Shown one piece after another: positions 1-15,029 of a DNA stretch of 64,000 bases. The translations under genes were made by a program, and so were the position numbers. The DNA is from the human T2T-CHM13v2.0 reference genome, Homo sapiens: the NCBI RefSeq assembly GCF_009914755.1, contig NC_060937.1. One strand, 5' to 3'. The notes beneath the pieces were generated by a model. It searched no databases. It was given only the letters and a program-made list of their open reading frames with translations, and was not told where the DNA came from. Every line of letters starts with the position of its first letter. Within the stretch, counting starts at the first letter, position 1.

Positions 1-1
1 T

Positions 2-532
<531 letters not shown>

Positions 533-535
533 TTA

Positions 536-1498
<963 letters not shown>

Positions 1499-1501
1499 CT
1501 A

Positions 1502-2705
<1,204 letters not shown>

Positions 2706-4029
2706 TTATTAGATACTAGGATTGCAACCCCTGCCTTTTTTTGTTTTCCATTTGCTTGGTAGATCTTCCTCCATCCTTTTATTTTGAGCCTATGTGTGTC
2801 TCTGCACATGAGATGGGTTTCCTGAATACAGCACACTGATGGGTCCTGACTTTTTATCAAATTTGCCAGTCTGTGTCTTTTAGTTGGAGCATTTAGTCCA
2901 TTTACATTTAAAGTTAATATTGTTATGTGTGAATTTGATCCTGTCATTATGATGTTAGCTGGTTATTTTGCTCATTAGTTCATGCAGTTTCTTCCTATTC
3001 TCGATGGTCTTTACATTTTGGCATGATTTTGCAGCAGCTGGTACTGGTTGTTCCTTTCCATGTTTAGCGCTTCCTTCAGGAGCTCTTTTAGGGCAGGCCT
3101 GGTGGTGACAAAATCTCTCAGCATTTGCTTGTCTGTAAAGTATTTTATTTCTCCTTCACTTACGAAGCTTAGTTTGGCTGGATATGAAATTCTGGGTTGA
3201 AAATTCTTTTCTTTAAGAATGTTGGATATTGGCCCCTACTCTCTTCTGGCTTGTAGAGTTTCTGCCGAGAGATCCGCTGGTAGTCTGATGGGCTTCCCTT
3301 TTTGGGTAACCCGACCCTTCTCTCTGGCTGCCCTTAACATTTTTTCCTTCATTTCAACTTTGGTGAATCTGACAATTATGTGTCTTGGAGTTGCTCTTCT
3401 CGAGGAGTATCTTTGTGGCGTTCTCTGTATTTCCTGAATCTGAACGTTGGCCTGCCTTGCTAGATTGGGGAAGTTCTCCTGGATAATATCCTGCAGAGTG
3501 TTTTCCAACTTGGTTCTATTCTCCCCGTCACTTTCAGGTACACCAATCAGACGTAGATTTGGTCTTTTCACATAGTCGCATATTTCTTGGAGGCTTTATT
3601 CGTTTCTTTTTATTCTTTTTTCTCTAAACTTCCCTTCTCGCTTCATTTCATTCACTTCATCTTCCATCGCTGATACCCTTTCTTCCAGTTGATCGCATCG
3701 GCTCCTGAGGCTTCTGCATTCTTCACGTAGTTCTCGAGCGTTGGTTTTCAGCTCCATCAGCTCCTTTAAGCACTTCTCTGTATTGGTTATTCTAGTTATA
3801 CATTATTCTAAACTTTTTTCAAAGTTTTCAACTTCTTTGCCTTTGGTTTGAATTTCCTCCCGTAGCTCGGAATAATTTGATCGTCTGAAGCCTTCTTCTC
3901 TCAGCTCGTCAAAGTCATTCTCTGTCCAGCTTTGTTCCCTTGCTGGTGAGGAACTGCGTTCCTTTGGAGGAGGAGAGGTGCTCTGCTTTTTAGAGTTTCC
4001 AGTTTTTCTGCTCTGTTCTTTCCCCATCT

Positions 4030-4933
4030 TTGTGGTTTTATCTACTTTTGGTCTTTGATGATGGTGATGTACAGATGGGTTTTTGGTGTGGATGTCCTTT
4101 CTGTTTGTTAGTTTTCCTTCTAACAGACAGGACCCTCAGCTGCAGGTCTGTTGGAGTACCCGGCCGTGTGAGGTGTCAGTCTGCCCCTGCTGGGGGTGCC
4201 TCCCAGTTGGGCTGCTTGGGGGGTCAGGGGTCAGGGACCCACTTGAGGAGGCAGTCTGCCCGTTCTCAGATCTCCAGCTGCGTGCTGGGAGAACCACTGC
4301 TCTCTTCAAAGCTGTCAGACAGGGACATTTAAGTCTGCAGAGGTTACTGCTGTCTTTTTGTTTGTCTGTGCCCTGCCCCCAGAGGTGGAGCCTACAGCGG
4401 CAGGCAGGCCTCCTGGAGCTGTGGTGGGCTCCACCCAGTTCGAGCTTCTGGGCTGCTTTGTTTACCTGAGCAAGCCTGGGCAATGGCGGGCGCCCCTCCC
4501 CCAGCCTCGCTGCTGCCTTGCAGTTTGATCTCAGACTGCTGTGCTAGCAATCAGCGAGACTCCGTGGGCGTAGGACCCTCTGAGCTAGGTGCGGGATATA
4601 ATCTTCTGGTGCGCCGTTTTTTAAGCCCGTCGGAAAAGCGCAGTAGGCGGGTGGGAGTGACCCAATTTTCCAGGTGCCGTCTGTCACCCCTTTCTTTGAC
4701 TAGGAAAGGGAACTCCCTGACCCCTTGTGCTTCCGGAGTGAGGCAATGCCTCGCCCTGCTTCGGCTCACGCAGGGTGCGCGCACCCACTGACCTGCGCCC
4801 ACTGTCTGGCACTCCCTAGTGAGATGAACCCGGTACCTCAGATGGAAATGCAGAAATCACCCATCTTCTGCGTCGCTCTCTCTGGGAGCTGTAGACCGGA
4901 GCTGTTCCTATTCGGCCATCTTGGCTCCTCCCC
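4030..4933. promoter_or_regulatory. L1 5'UTR bidirectional promoter (sense -, antisense +), CpG-rich, YY1 motif intact
   Basis: CpG-rich L1 5'UTR; YY1 site CAAGATGGCCG on the - strand at about 4913-4923. Confidence 0.7.
4483..4791 (+). CDS. L1 antisense ORF0 (102-aa open frame in this copy)
   Basis: MAGAPPPASLLPCSLISDCCASNQRDSVGVGPSELGAGYNLLVRRFLS... matches primate L1 ORF0; strong Kozak context gcaATGG. Expression not shown. Confidence 0.75.
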   Translation: MAGAPPPASLLPCSLISDCCASNQRDSVGVGPSELGAGYNLLVRRFLSPSEKRSRRVGVTQFSRCRLSPLSLTRKGNSLTPCASGVRQCLALLRLTQGARTH

Positions 4934-5265
4934 TACATTAATTTTTCAATGTTTAACTGACAGTATATTTCTGGCTAAACCCAATTTCATTGTGATACAT
5001 TGTTCTTTTAATGTATTGCTGGATTGGGGTATGCTAATATTTTTTCTTGGATTTTATTTTTAGTCTGTGTTCATGAGTGAGACTGTCCTATAATGGGCAT
5101 TTCCCTAATATCCTGAGTTGGTATCAAAGATGTGCTGAACTAAACTGTGGAGTTTACCCTTTTGTTTCTTATTCTTTGGTTAAATTTGTGTTTGTTTAAA
5201 ATTGTTTCTTCCTCATTTGGTATAACTTGTTCAGTGAAATCTTCTGAACCTAAGTTTCTTTGACT
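4934..5265 (-). mobile_element. Old L1M ORF2 fragment
   Basis: Degenerate L1 motifs such as tattgctggatt...tgctaatatttt...tctgtgttcatgagtga. Confidence 0.55.
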
Positions 5266-5724
5266 GAAGTATAGAAATGAAGAAGCAAATCAGATGCATA
5301 CTGTGAATACTTCATCTTAAGTTTGGAAGTACATTTTTATAATACTGAGGTAATCTGTGTATATTTGTTATGTAAGTGGTATTAAAATGGTTAAGAAAAG
5401 TTGAGTTTTTAAATAAATTTAATAAGAACTATTTAAGCACTTATGATCAGGCATTTGAGGCATTTAAAATAAAATTTATTGATGTTATTAATGCAGATTA
5501 AAATGTTTAAGGAGAGTGAAGCTAGGGAAGGAAAATATTGTAATATCAGATTAAAAAAACCTGAATTAAGGTCATGTTAATGATACACGATTTGAGAAAT
5601 ATTAAGGAGGTAAAATTGGTGAACAAGTCATAGAACAAAACTAAGAGAGGGGATAAAAATTTCCCCAGGATTTTCTTTGAAAATGTAAGTGGATAGCAAG
5701 ACCATTTACTAAGTAGTTAAGTCT

Positions 5725-5975
5725 TATCAGTCAGAATAGGCAAGATTATTTTGTGGTAACAAACAGCTTCTTAATCTCTGTAGTTTACCAAAAGGTTTAT
5801 TGCTCATACTGCACGTCCTTCACAGGTTTGCTGTGGCTGTGCGCCACATAGTCTTCACCTGAGACCCAGCCCCTAAATAGAATGTTGCTGGTATCCTGGT
5901 GAACTACTTGCTGATCTCCATTCCATTTTATGGACCAACACAAGGCACATGGCCAAACTTGCCATCAGTGTTGGG
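5725..5975 (-). mobile_element. MaLR LTR fragment (MLT1J/K-like)
   Basis: aataggcaagattattttgtggtaacaaacagc...aaggtttattgctca...cacatggccaaac motif. Confidence 0.55.
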
Positions 5976-5979
5976 GGGT

Positions 5980-6190
5980 TATAATAGCAGCTACTGTTTG
6001 AGCCCTTACCCTGTGTTCAGACACTGAGGCAAGTAATGCATTATTTCATTTAATCTTCATAACAGTTCTTAGAAGTAGCTTTAATATTTCCATTTTATAG
6101 AAACTAAGAATCAGAAAGGTGTTAACTTGTTACTAGGTTAAGTAACATAGCTTCTGAAAGGCAAAAACCAGGATTCAAAGCTAAGTCTTT
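5980..6190 (-). mobile_element. MIR SINE
   Basis: catttaatcttcataac...ccattttatagaaactaag...ccaggattcaaa core. Confidence 0.75.
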
Positions 6191-6519
6191 AAAATTCCTA
6201 ATCATTTATCATGGTCTTAATCACTATAAAAATAGTAAATTAATGGATTAAATTTCAGGAAAAAGATCTGATTCGAACCAGAGATGTAGAAATTATCAGA
6301 ATAGTCAGGGTAGTGAAGCCATAGGAATTAATGAGTTTATTCATACTGAGAGAATTTCAATTTGATATGGGAAAAAAATGTTAGTAATTTCTGATATAAC
6401 ACCCTAGTGAGTAGGCCTATGTAACTGGTATTAAAATGATTAATATATACTGCCAAAATGAAAGTAGGTTTATATAATACTACACCTTAACTTGAACACG
6501 CTAGAGCTTTTCAAAGCCC

Positions 6520-7105
6520 CTATATGAACATCTTATTCTGCAGCTTTTCCTGTCCAAGTTTTTGGTTAGCTTCTTGTTTTCCCTATTGTTATCCTCACCA
6601 CAAGCCAACTGTGATGTTAAACCAACTGCCACTGATTGTTTTACACATGCTCCCCAGGGGGAAAGCTATTTGCAATAAGGGAGCTCTGAGTTAGGACAAA
6701 TCAAGACAAGCCCTGGGACTGGGTGTTTCCAGGGAACTGCCAGACAGGTCAAATATGACAGTTCTTTTGGAGATGAGACTTTTACGGTATTCCAAACCAT
6801 TCTTTCCCTTCCAGTGGCTGCTAGTCTGCTGGTTTTTACTGCTGCTGTGATTCTGAGACTTTTCCAAGGCTTTTGTGAAGCTGGGGAGACAGAGTAGGGA
6901 ATAGAGCAAATTAAAATGACACAAAGCTCACTGTCCATATCAGGATCTAGCTGTTTTCCCTGAACATACTGTTGCAAGCCTTTGGTTAATTTCTAGAGTT
7001 CCAAAAAAAATTAGTTTTGACGATTTACGCCTGTGTTCTCACTGCTGTTATGGAGCAATGGATTTTTGGAGGTTAACACTGTGTCATTCCTAATGATATC
7101 TTCCA
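6520..7105 (-). mobile_element. Old L1M 5'-region fragment
   Basis: Resembles ancient L1M 5'UTR (gcaagcctttggttaatttctagagttcc...gatttttggagg). Confidence 0.5.
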
Positions 7106-9234
7106 AAATGGAGTTTTTATGGAATAAAAATGCAGTATGATCAGAGTAGGGCCAGTTCTCTATGTAATACAACATTTTTTCTAGTGTCATTTTATATTTT
7201 TATATTGATATCTAAACTTTGGAAAACAGTGTTTATTATTTACCAACATGTACAATGAATAAATTTCTTCATCATATGACTGTATATATAGAATAAAACT
7301 ATGTTCAAAGCCTGCTGGGTGAACAATTGTAAAAAGGTATTTTTTTCATCTGACTCAGACCCTTACTTCAGAAATTTACAATGAATAAACCATTTCACAG
7401 GTCAGTAAGTTTCCTTACTTGAGGGCCCTCATCATTTTTGTTGATACATGTTAAGCTTTCATGCATAGCAGGCCTTTGGTTAGACCCTTCATCGAGAATT
7501 GTCTCAAAAACATTCAGAGCATTTTGTCCAGAGGAAACTAAAGACAAACCAGAAAAAGCAGAGCTAGGTAGTAGAGTAAAGGTGCTTCCCCCTTTTTACA
7601 TTACCTAAAACAAACCTAAAAACAAAGCTCTACATGTTTGTTTCTGAGATTAGCTTTTACATAATGTTACTTTGGGTTAAACTTTTATCTCCATGGAAGT
7701 TGTGTTTGGTTTAAATGGAAATAAGAAGGAAAACTTTCACCAATAGCCAAAAATCTAATGTAAAAACTTTAAAAAGTGCTCACATTTTTAAGTTCAAAAA
7801 GTTACAAATTTGTAAATATATGCATTTAAAAATCTGATAGCTTCCATGCTAAGCTATAAACATAAACCTTAGGAATGAGGCTACTGAGACTGAAATAAAG
7901 CTTATACTTTTGTGACAATAATTTTGTGCCTCAGAATTCTAATACAAACCATTAATCATAGATTTCATGGCCCAAATTAGTCATCTTCTAACTGCTATGC
8001 AGCTTTGCCTGGCAAATAAATAGTGGTTTGCTAAATTTCTCATTCTTAGAAGCTTTGGAAAGGCTAGAATTTAAACATTACTCTCCTTTTTCAATTAGTT
8101 TTTTTCTCCCACACGTCTGCACCATGCCACTTTCTGTGACATTTCCTTAGAAAATCAAATATTTTTGAAAAATTCTAGTGCTATTACCGTTAACTTTTCT
8201 TTAGACATAAAAAGCCTTATGCTCAAGGTTCAGATCTGAAAATTTGCTTAGTTATCACATTTTTGTAAGCACACATTTTAAAAAATTTATGATAAATATT
8301 AAGCTAGGTTGTCCTGGAAAAAAATTAACTTCACACATATTCAGGTTCTGTCTGTGTATAAAATATTGCACTGGTTCTTGTTTTAAGAGATGATAAAATC
8401 AGATTTACAAATTGGGTGTAAATTTTAAGATAGTCTAAAGGGAAGAAAGGTTCATAAAATATCAGTCAGGAACAGAGTTACAAAGAATGCAGACTGGAAT
8501 TTAGTTTTTATATTTGGCACAAAATAATAAAATTGTATTCTTATTGAATGACTTGAGACCAATACCATTTCATCTGTTCGTTTTTTAAACTATATATATT
8601 TCCAATAAAACAAAAATTGGGCAAATTATTTTATTTAGTTGAAAAATTATTTCATTTTAAAAGTGGACAGTAAAATACTTTCATGTAATTCAAGCTAATA
8701 TGACAAAACTAAAATATTTTGTAGCGTTTTTATACTATCTTAATATATATTTTTATATATTTAATATGTTTTTAAAACTGTTATGAAAGAGAATCATCAA
8801 ACTCTTAAAATAAACATCTTACAGAAATGAAACATAATGGTCCTGGAATTTTGAGGGATTCTTGGTCTAAAAAGAATTGATGTTCTATTAAACTCCTACA
8901 TATTCTACAGTTAAATTCCAAACTCTGATTCAGAGTGACTCAAAAGTTAGTCAACTCCTGTGCCCCAGAATCCTGTAGAAATTGTTAACTTTTAAGTAAT
9001 ATAGTTTGGACTAAAGCAAGGAGGAAATAAAGAATGACTTGAAAGTAGCACTGTATAAATAGGGAAATGCATTCAACTAAAAAACAAAGATGTTTCCCAC
9101 TTTTGCAAGTGTCCTTACATTAGATTAATATAAAGCAAGATGATTTTTGTCAAAAAGTGTACAGATAGTTGTTGAAGTAGAAATTGAGTTCTGCTTTTTC
9201 AACTCATAACGTTCTCCTTTCATATAAAAATAAA

Positions 9235-10125
9235 AAAGATTACAAAACCAAAAGTGAGTTTCTTGAAAAGATTAACAAAATTGACTAGCCATTAGCTAGG
9301 CTAAGAAGAAAAAGAGATAAATAAATAAATCAAAAATTTAAAAGGAGACATCACAACAGATACCACAGAAATACAAAGGATTATTAGAGACTACTATGAA
9401 CAACTATATGTCAATAAATTTGAAAAACTAGAGGAAATCGATAAATTACTGGACACATTCAACCAACCAAAATTGGAACAAGAAGAAGTAGAAAACCTAA
9501 ACGGACCAATAACAAGTAATGAGATTGAATTTTTAATAATGTCTCCCAAGAAAGAAAAGTCCAGGACCAGATGGCCTCACTGCTGAATTCTATGGAACCT
9601 TTAAAGAATAATTAATACCAGTTTTCCTCAAATTATTCCAAAAAGTTAAAGCAGAAAGAACTGTTCCTAACCATTTCCATGAGGCAAACATAACCCTGAT
9701 ACCGAAACTGTACAAGGACACAACAGAAAAAGAAAGCTAAAGACCAATATCCCTGATGGACATAGACACAAAAATCCTCAACAAAATACTATGTAACAAA
9801 CTGAATCCAACAATTCATCAAAAAGATAATACACCATGATCAAGTGAGATTTATCACAGGAATGTAAGAATTGTTCAACATATGTAAATCAGTAAGTGTG
9901 ATACATGACATCAACATAATGAAGGACAAGAACCATAAAACCTCTCACTAGATGAAGAAAAAGTATTTGATAAATTCAGCATCCCTTCATGATTTTAAAA
10001 AAAAACCCTCAATAAATTAGGTACAGAAGGAAAGTACCTCAATGCAATAAAGGCCATATATGACAAACCCACAACTAATATCATGCTGAATGGGGAAAAG
10101 CCGAAAGCTTTTTCTCTAGGAACTG
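9235..10125 (+). mobile_element. L1 ORF2 fragment (older L1M/L1P)
   Basis: aagattaacaaaattgac...ccaggaccagatggcctcactgctgaattc...caatatccctgatg...gctgaatggggaaaag. Confidence 0.9.
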
Positions 10126-11039
10126 AAAAATAATTGGTTTTAATGAGTCCCAAATTAGCCAACCCACTTATACTGTTGTTTTTCCTTTCAATAATCATTT
10201 TTAAGTAGTAGTAGTTCATATTTTGCCTATTTTTCTCTCTGCTTCTAAAAGTGATTAGAAAAAAATATTTTGTTGCTACTACTGTTATTTTCTTCAGTGT
10301 CTTAAATTATCTCCTAAATAGCTTTTTTGTGCTTGCTCCACATAGATAGATAGAGGAATCATGGCTGTAGGACAAACCGTAAATCATTAGATTTAAAATA
10401 GGTTAGTTTTCAAATACTGCTTTTTTGGAATTGAAATACAATTCCATTTCATAAGTATTTACTAAGGTAACTACTACTAGATATAATTTATGTTCCTGAG
10501 GATTTATAATTTAGCACATGAGTGTGCCTGTGCACACTGGTTTATAACATTATAAACCAATATATGGCAGTTTGAACAAAAGTGATTTAGATAGCTTTTC
10601 TCATCACTATTGACTTGGTAATACTTGATATACTTGAAAAATGTATATTCTAATATTTTCTTTTTTCAAGATTTCAGCATGACTCTGAGTAATCTATTAC
10701 ATTCTAAAGTAATTCTTTAGAATGTCTGAATAAAATACCTGTTCTTTAACTAGTAAGCATAGTAAGCATTAATTTCAGTGTCTTATATGTGTCCTCAAAC
10801 ATGTTATTGACCACTTAATAGCCTATATACCTATATAATACAGAAACTGGCATTTACAGCTAAAACAGCTGGTAAACTTAACTGATACACTAATGAGTGC
10901 TAATTGTATAAGGAAAGAATTTAACATTAGTCATAAAGTTGGCCACAAAGGGCCTGTATGTGAAATACCCTATCTTGAGGTGATTAATTGGACTTATTAA
11001 AAGTTTGGGGGAAGAAAGGAGATTGGAGTTATGTTCTAA

Positions 11040-11625
11040 AGAAAAAAAAATGCAAATTAAAACCTTAATGAGATTGTAGATGTTAAGGAACCTGACAGTA
11101 TAGTAAGGCTTGTGGAGCAATAGGATCCATCAGATACTGCTGGCACAGTCAATTTGGAGAGTGATAATAGCAGTATTTAATAAAGCTGAAAAAATGTATC
11201 TTCCAAATCCAACACATATATACTTCTAAATATTTCTCTTACAGAAAATCTTATATATAAGGCACACATGTGCAAAACTATTCTCTGCATTTTGTAATAA
11301 TGATAGAACTGGAAACAGTATAAATGTTTACTAGTAGGGAAATGGAGAAGATTTGAGAGGATTTATGTAATGGAATACTAGAATACTATATACCAGTATT
11401 TTATTGTGTGAATCTATACTATGGATAAATCTCAAAAATACAGTATTGAGTAAAATAGCAGGTTAGGGATTTGTAAGATGTGAAGTCACTGATATAAATG
11501 AATAAAAATAAAAATTTCACAAAATAGCAGTGTATACTAATAATGGATGTATATAAGCATGCGTATGAAGAATACTAAATGAGAATGATACACTCCAAGT
11601 TCGGAAAAATGATCTGTAATAAAAT
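11040..11625 (+). mobile_element. L1ME-like 3' fragment
   Basis: atgcaaattaaaacc...tggaatacta...atggataaatctcaaaaa motifs. Confidence 0.6.
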
Positions 11626-11789
11626 TATATTTCTTTTTCAAAAGAGCATCTGAGGAAAATTCATCAACAAATTCTAGTTGATTCTGGAAAGTAAAGGATA
11701 CAATACTGTCTACTTTTCTGTATGTTTAAAATATGATAAAAATATTAAAGACATGCCATTAGGCATTACAGACAGGGTAGTTGCTAAGA

Positions 11790-12062
11790 GGTTTTGTTTC
11801 ATTTTGTTTTGTTTTATTGTTTTTTTAAGACAGGGTCCTGTTCTGTCACCCAGGCCAGAGTGCAGTGGTGTGATCATGGCTCACTGCAGCCTCAGTCTCC
11901 TGGGCTTAAGTGATCCTCCTGCCTCAGCCTCCTGAGTAGCTAGAACTACAGGCATATGCCACCACACCCAGCTAATTCTGTTATTTTTTTATAGAGACAG
12001 AGTCTCACTATGTTGCCCAGGCTGGTCTTGAACTCCTGGGCTCAAGTGATCTTCCTGCCTCG
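11790..12062 (-). mobile_element. AluJ
   Basis: Reverse Alu with J-type diagnostics (gatcatggctcactgcagcctc, gggctcaagtgatc). Confidence 0.9.
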
Positions 12063-13237
12063 ATAGAAGGTTTTGAGTGTTATATTCTAAGTTTTAGATT
12101 TGAGGTAATAAGATATAAGTAGCCAATAAAGTTTCTAAAGTAGATCAATGAAAAGATGAGAATAATCCTTGAGGAAAATTATTTGGTTAACTATATAGTT
12201 AAATGCAATGGAGTGGGGAGACAGCAGAGGAAGGATTGATTGGCTTATATATCCACCCCACCAAGCATAAAGTCCAGAGGATACCAACTGTGAAATAGAA
12301 AGTAAAGGGGGAAACCTGATAGTTTTTTTTTTAGAGAAAGAATGAGTATGATGAAATTTTGGAAATTCAAAACTGAAAGAGTGTACAGAAAAAAACAGTC
12401 CAATTCACATTTTTACAGATGGACAAACTAAAGGCTCATAGTTAGCCAGTTGACACACTGAGTGGCAGATTTGAGACTAGACTCAATATCTTCTGATCCC
12501 CCAGTCTCAGTCACTTTGGAGTAAGAAAGGACATTGAGTTTAAACTCAAAATTCTACAACCCTTGGTTCTAGGTAAGTAATGATCTAGTTGATACTAATA
12601 AAACAGTTAGAAATGGCAGCACCAAACCGATAGGAATGGTTAGTGAATGCTTTTCCAACGCTGTCTCCTTACATTCAGTAGGAATGTTCACAAGACAGTT
12701 GAGTAGATACGAAGAAATAAAGAGGACCAGTAAACATAACCAGGTAAATACAGTATAAATGTATTAAAAAATTTTTTTCTGTCTGATTTAAAAGTGATTT
12801 GCAGAAAGCAATAATTATACACTGTTGGTTGGCTTATAAGGTATAAAAATGTAATTAGTGTTATAGCACAGAGGATAGGAGAGGGAACTGAGGTTAGAGA
12901 AGCAGTGTTTTTTACATACAATTGGAATTAATTGGATCAACATTATTATGAGTTAAGAGGTTAATTATAATCCCCAGGGCATCTACTAAGAAAAAATAAC
13001 TCAAAAGAATATTGTAAAAGAAACAACAGGAGAATTAAAATAGAACATCAGAACATATTTAACATAAAAAAGGCAAAAATGGAGGAATTGAGGAACAAAA
13101 AAGATATAATATCATGCATAAAACAGAGCAAAATAGCAAACTGATAAGGCAAATCCTACCTTATCATTAAGTGCATTGCATCTAAATGGATCAAACATAA
13201 CAGTGAAAAGATAGTTATTGACCAAATGGATAAAAAT

Positions 13238-13533
<296 letters not shown>

Positions 13534-13570
13534 TCATGATTTAACTATGTGCACTCTATAAGAGACACTC

Positions 13571-13846
13571 TTTATTTTTTAAGAGACAGGGTCTTGCTCT
13601 ATCACCAGGCTGAAGTGCAGTGGTGCCATTGTAGCCCTGAGCTCAAGTGATTCTCCTACCTCAGCCTCCTAAGTAGCTGGGACTCCAGGTGCATCCAGTT
13701 ACACCCAGCTAATTTTTTAATTTCTTGTAGAAACCGAATCTCGCTTGTTGCCCAGGCTGGTCTCAAACTCCTGACTTCAAGTGATCCTCCAACCTCATCT
13801 TCCCAAAGTGCTAGATTACAGACATGAGCCACACTGTGCCCAGCCC
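13571..13846 (-). mobile_element. AluJ
   Basis: Reverse Alu flanked by gacactctt duplication. Confidence 0.88.
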
Positions 13847-14286
13847 AGGACACTCTTGAAATCAAAGACACAAATAGGTTGAAATGTAAAAGATAGAATA
13901 AGAGAACTTGTAACCCAAAGAGAAATGAAATGACTATACTAATAATTGACTTTAAGTCAGAAAAGTTACTAGAGACAAAGAAGGATGTTTTATAATGATA
14001 AAAGGGTAAATCTGCCTCTAACCATCAAGCTGCCAAATATCTGAAATAATGATTGACAGAATTGATGGGAGAAATAGACAATTGAACAATAATAGTTGGA
14101 GCCTTCAATAGGTAGAATATTAACAGGGAAATGGAAGGTATGAACGACACTGTAAACCTGATAGACATCTGTAGAACATTCCACCCAACAACAGCAGCAT
14201 GTATAATATTTTCAAGTATACATGGATCATTGTCCATTATAGGGTATATACTAGGTCATAAAACTAGCAAGCTTCAATAGTAAGAA

Positions 14287-14490
14287 TTTTTTTCTTGAGA
14301 CAAGGTTTTACTTTGTCACCCAGGCTGGAGTGCAGTGACATAATCATGGCCCACTGCAGCCTTTGCCTCCTGAGCTCAAGTGGTCCTCCCACCTTAACCT
14401 CCCAAATAGCTAGGACCACAGATGTGCACCACCATGCCAGGCTGAAGTTTTTTTTTAGTAGAGACAGGGTCTCCCTCTGTTGCCCAGGCT
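14287..14490 (-). mobile_element. AluJ, partial
   Basis: Reverse Alu right arm plus part of left arm. Confidence 0.85.
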
Positions 14491-14992
14491 TCAGTAAATT
14501 TAAAGAGATAGAAATAATACAAAGTATTTTCTTCAAACACAATGAAATGAAATTAGAAATCAATAACAGAGAAATTTGGGAAAATAACAAATATGTATAA
14601 ATTAAAGAGTATATTTCTACAAAGCCAGTAGGCCAAAGAATAAATCACAAAGGAAATTAGAAAATACTTTGGTATGAACGAAAACCATGATACAACATAC
14701 TAAAATTTATGAAATACTGCTGAAGTAATGGTTAAAGGAATACGTATACCCTTAAAAGCCTGTGTTTAAAAAGAAAGCTCTCAAATCAATTATCTAACCT
14801 TTTACTTTAAAAAGCTATAAAAAGAAGATAAAACTAAACCCAGAGCTGGCAGAAGAAAACAGTAAAGCTTAGAGTAGAAATAAATGAAATAAAGAACAGA
14901 AAAATATAGAAAATCAAAAATACCAAAAGTTGGCTCTTTGAAAAGATCAACAAAATTGCCAACCCTTTTAAGTAGACAAGAAAGAATGAATT

Positions 14993-15029
14993 GTTGGTGG
15001 TGCAGTGGTGAGCATAGCTGCTTTTCAAG
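14993..15029 (+). pseudogene. 5'-half tRNA-Gly(TCC) tailless retropseudogene
   Basis: gttggtggtgcagtggtgagcatagctgcttttcaag versus tRNA-Gly GCGTTGGTGGTATAGTGGTGAGCATAGCTGCCTTCCAAG; ends at the anticodon loop; degenerate flanking duplication. Confidence 0.8.
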
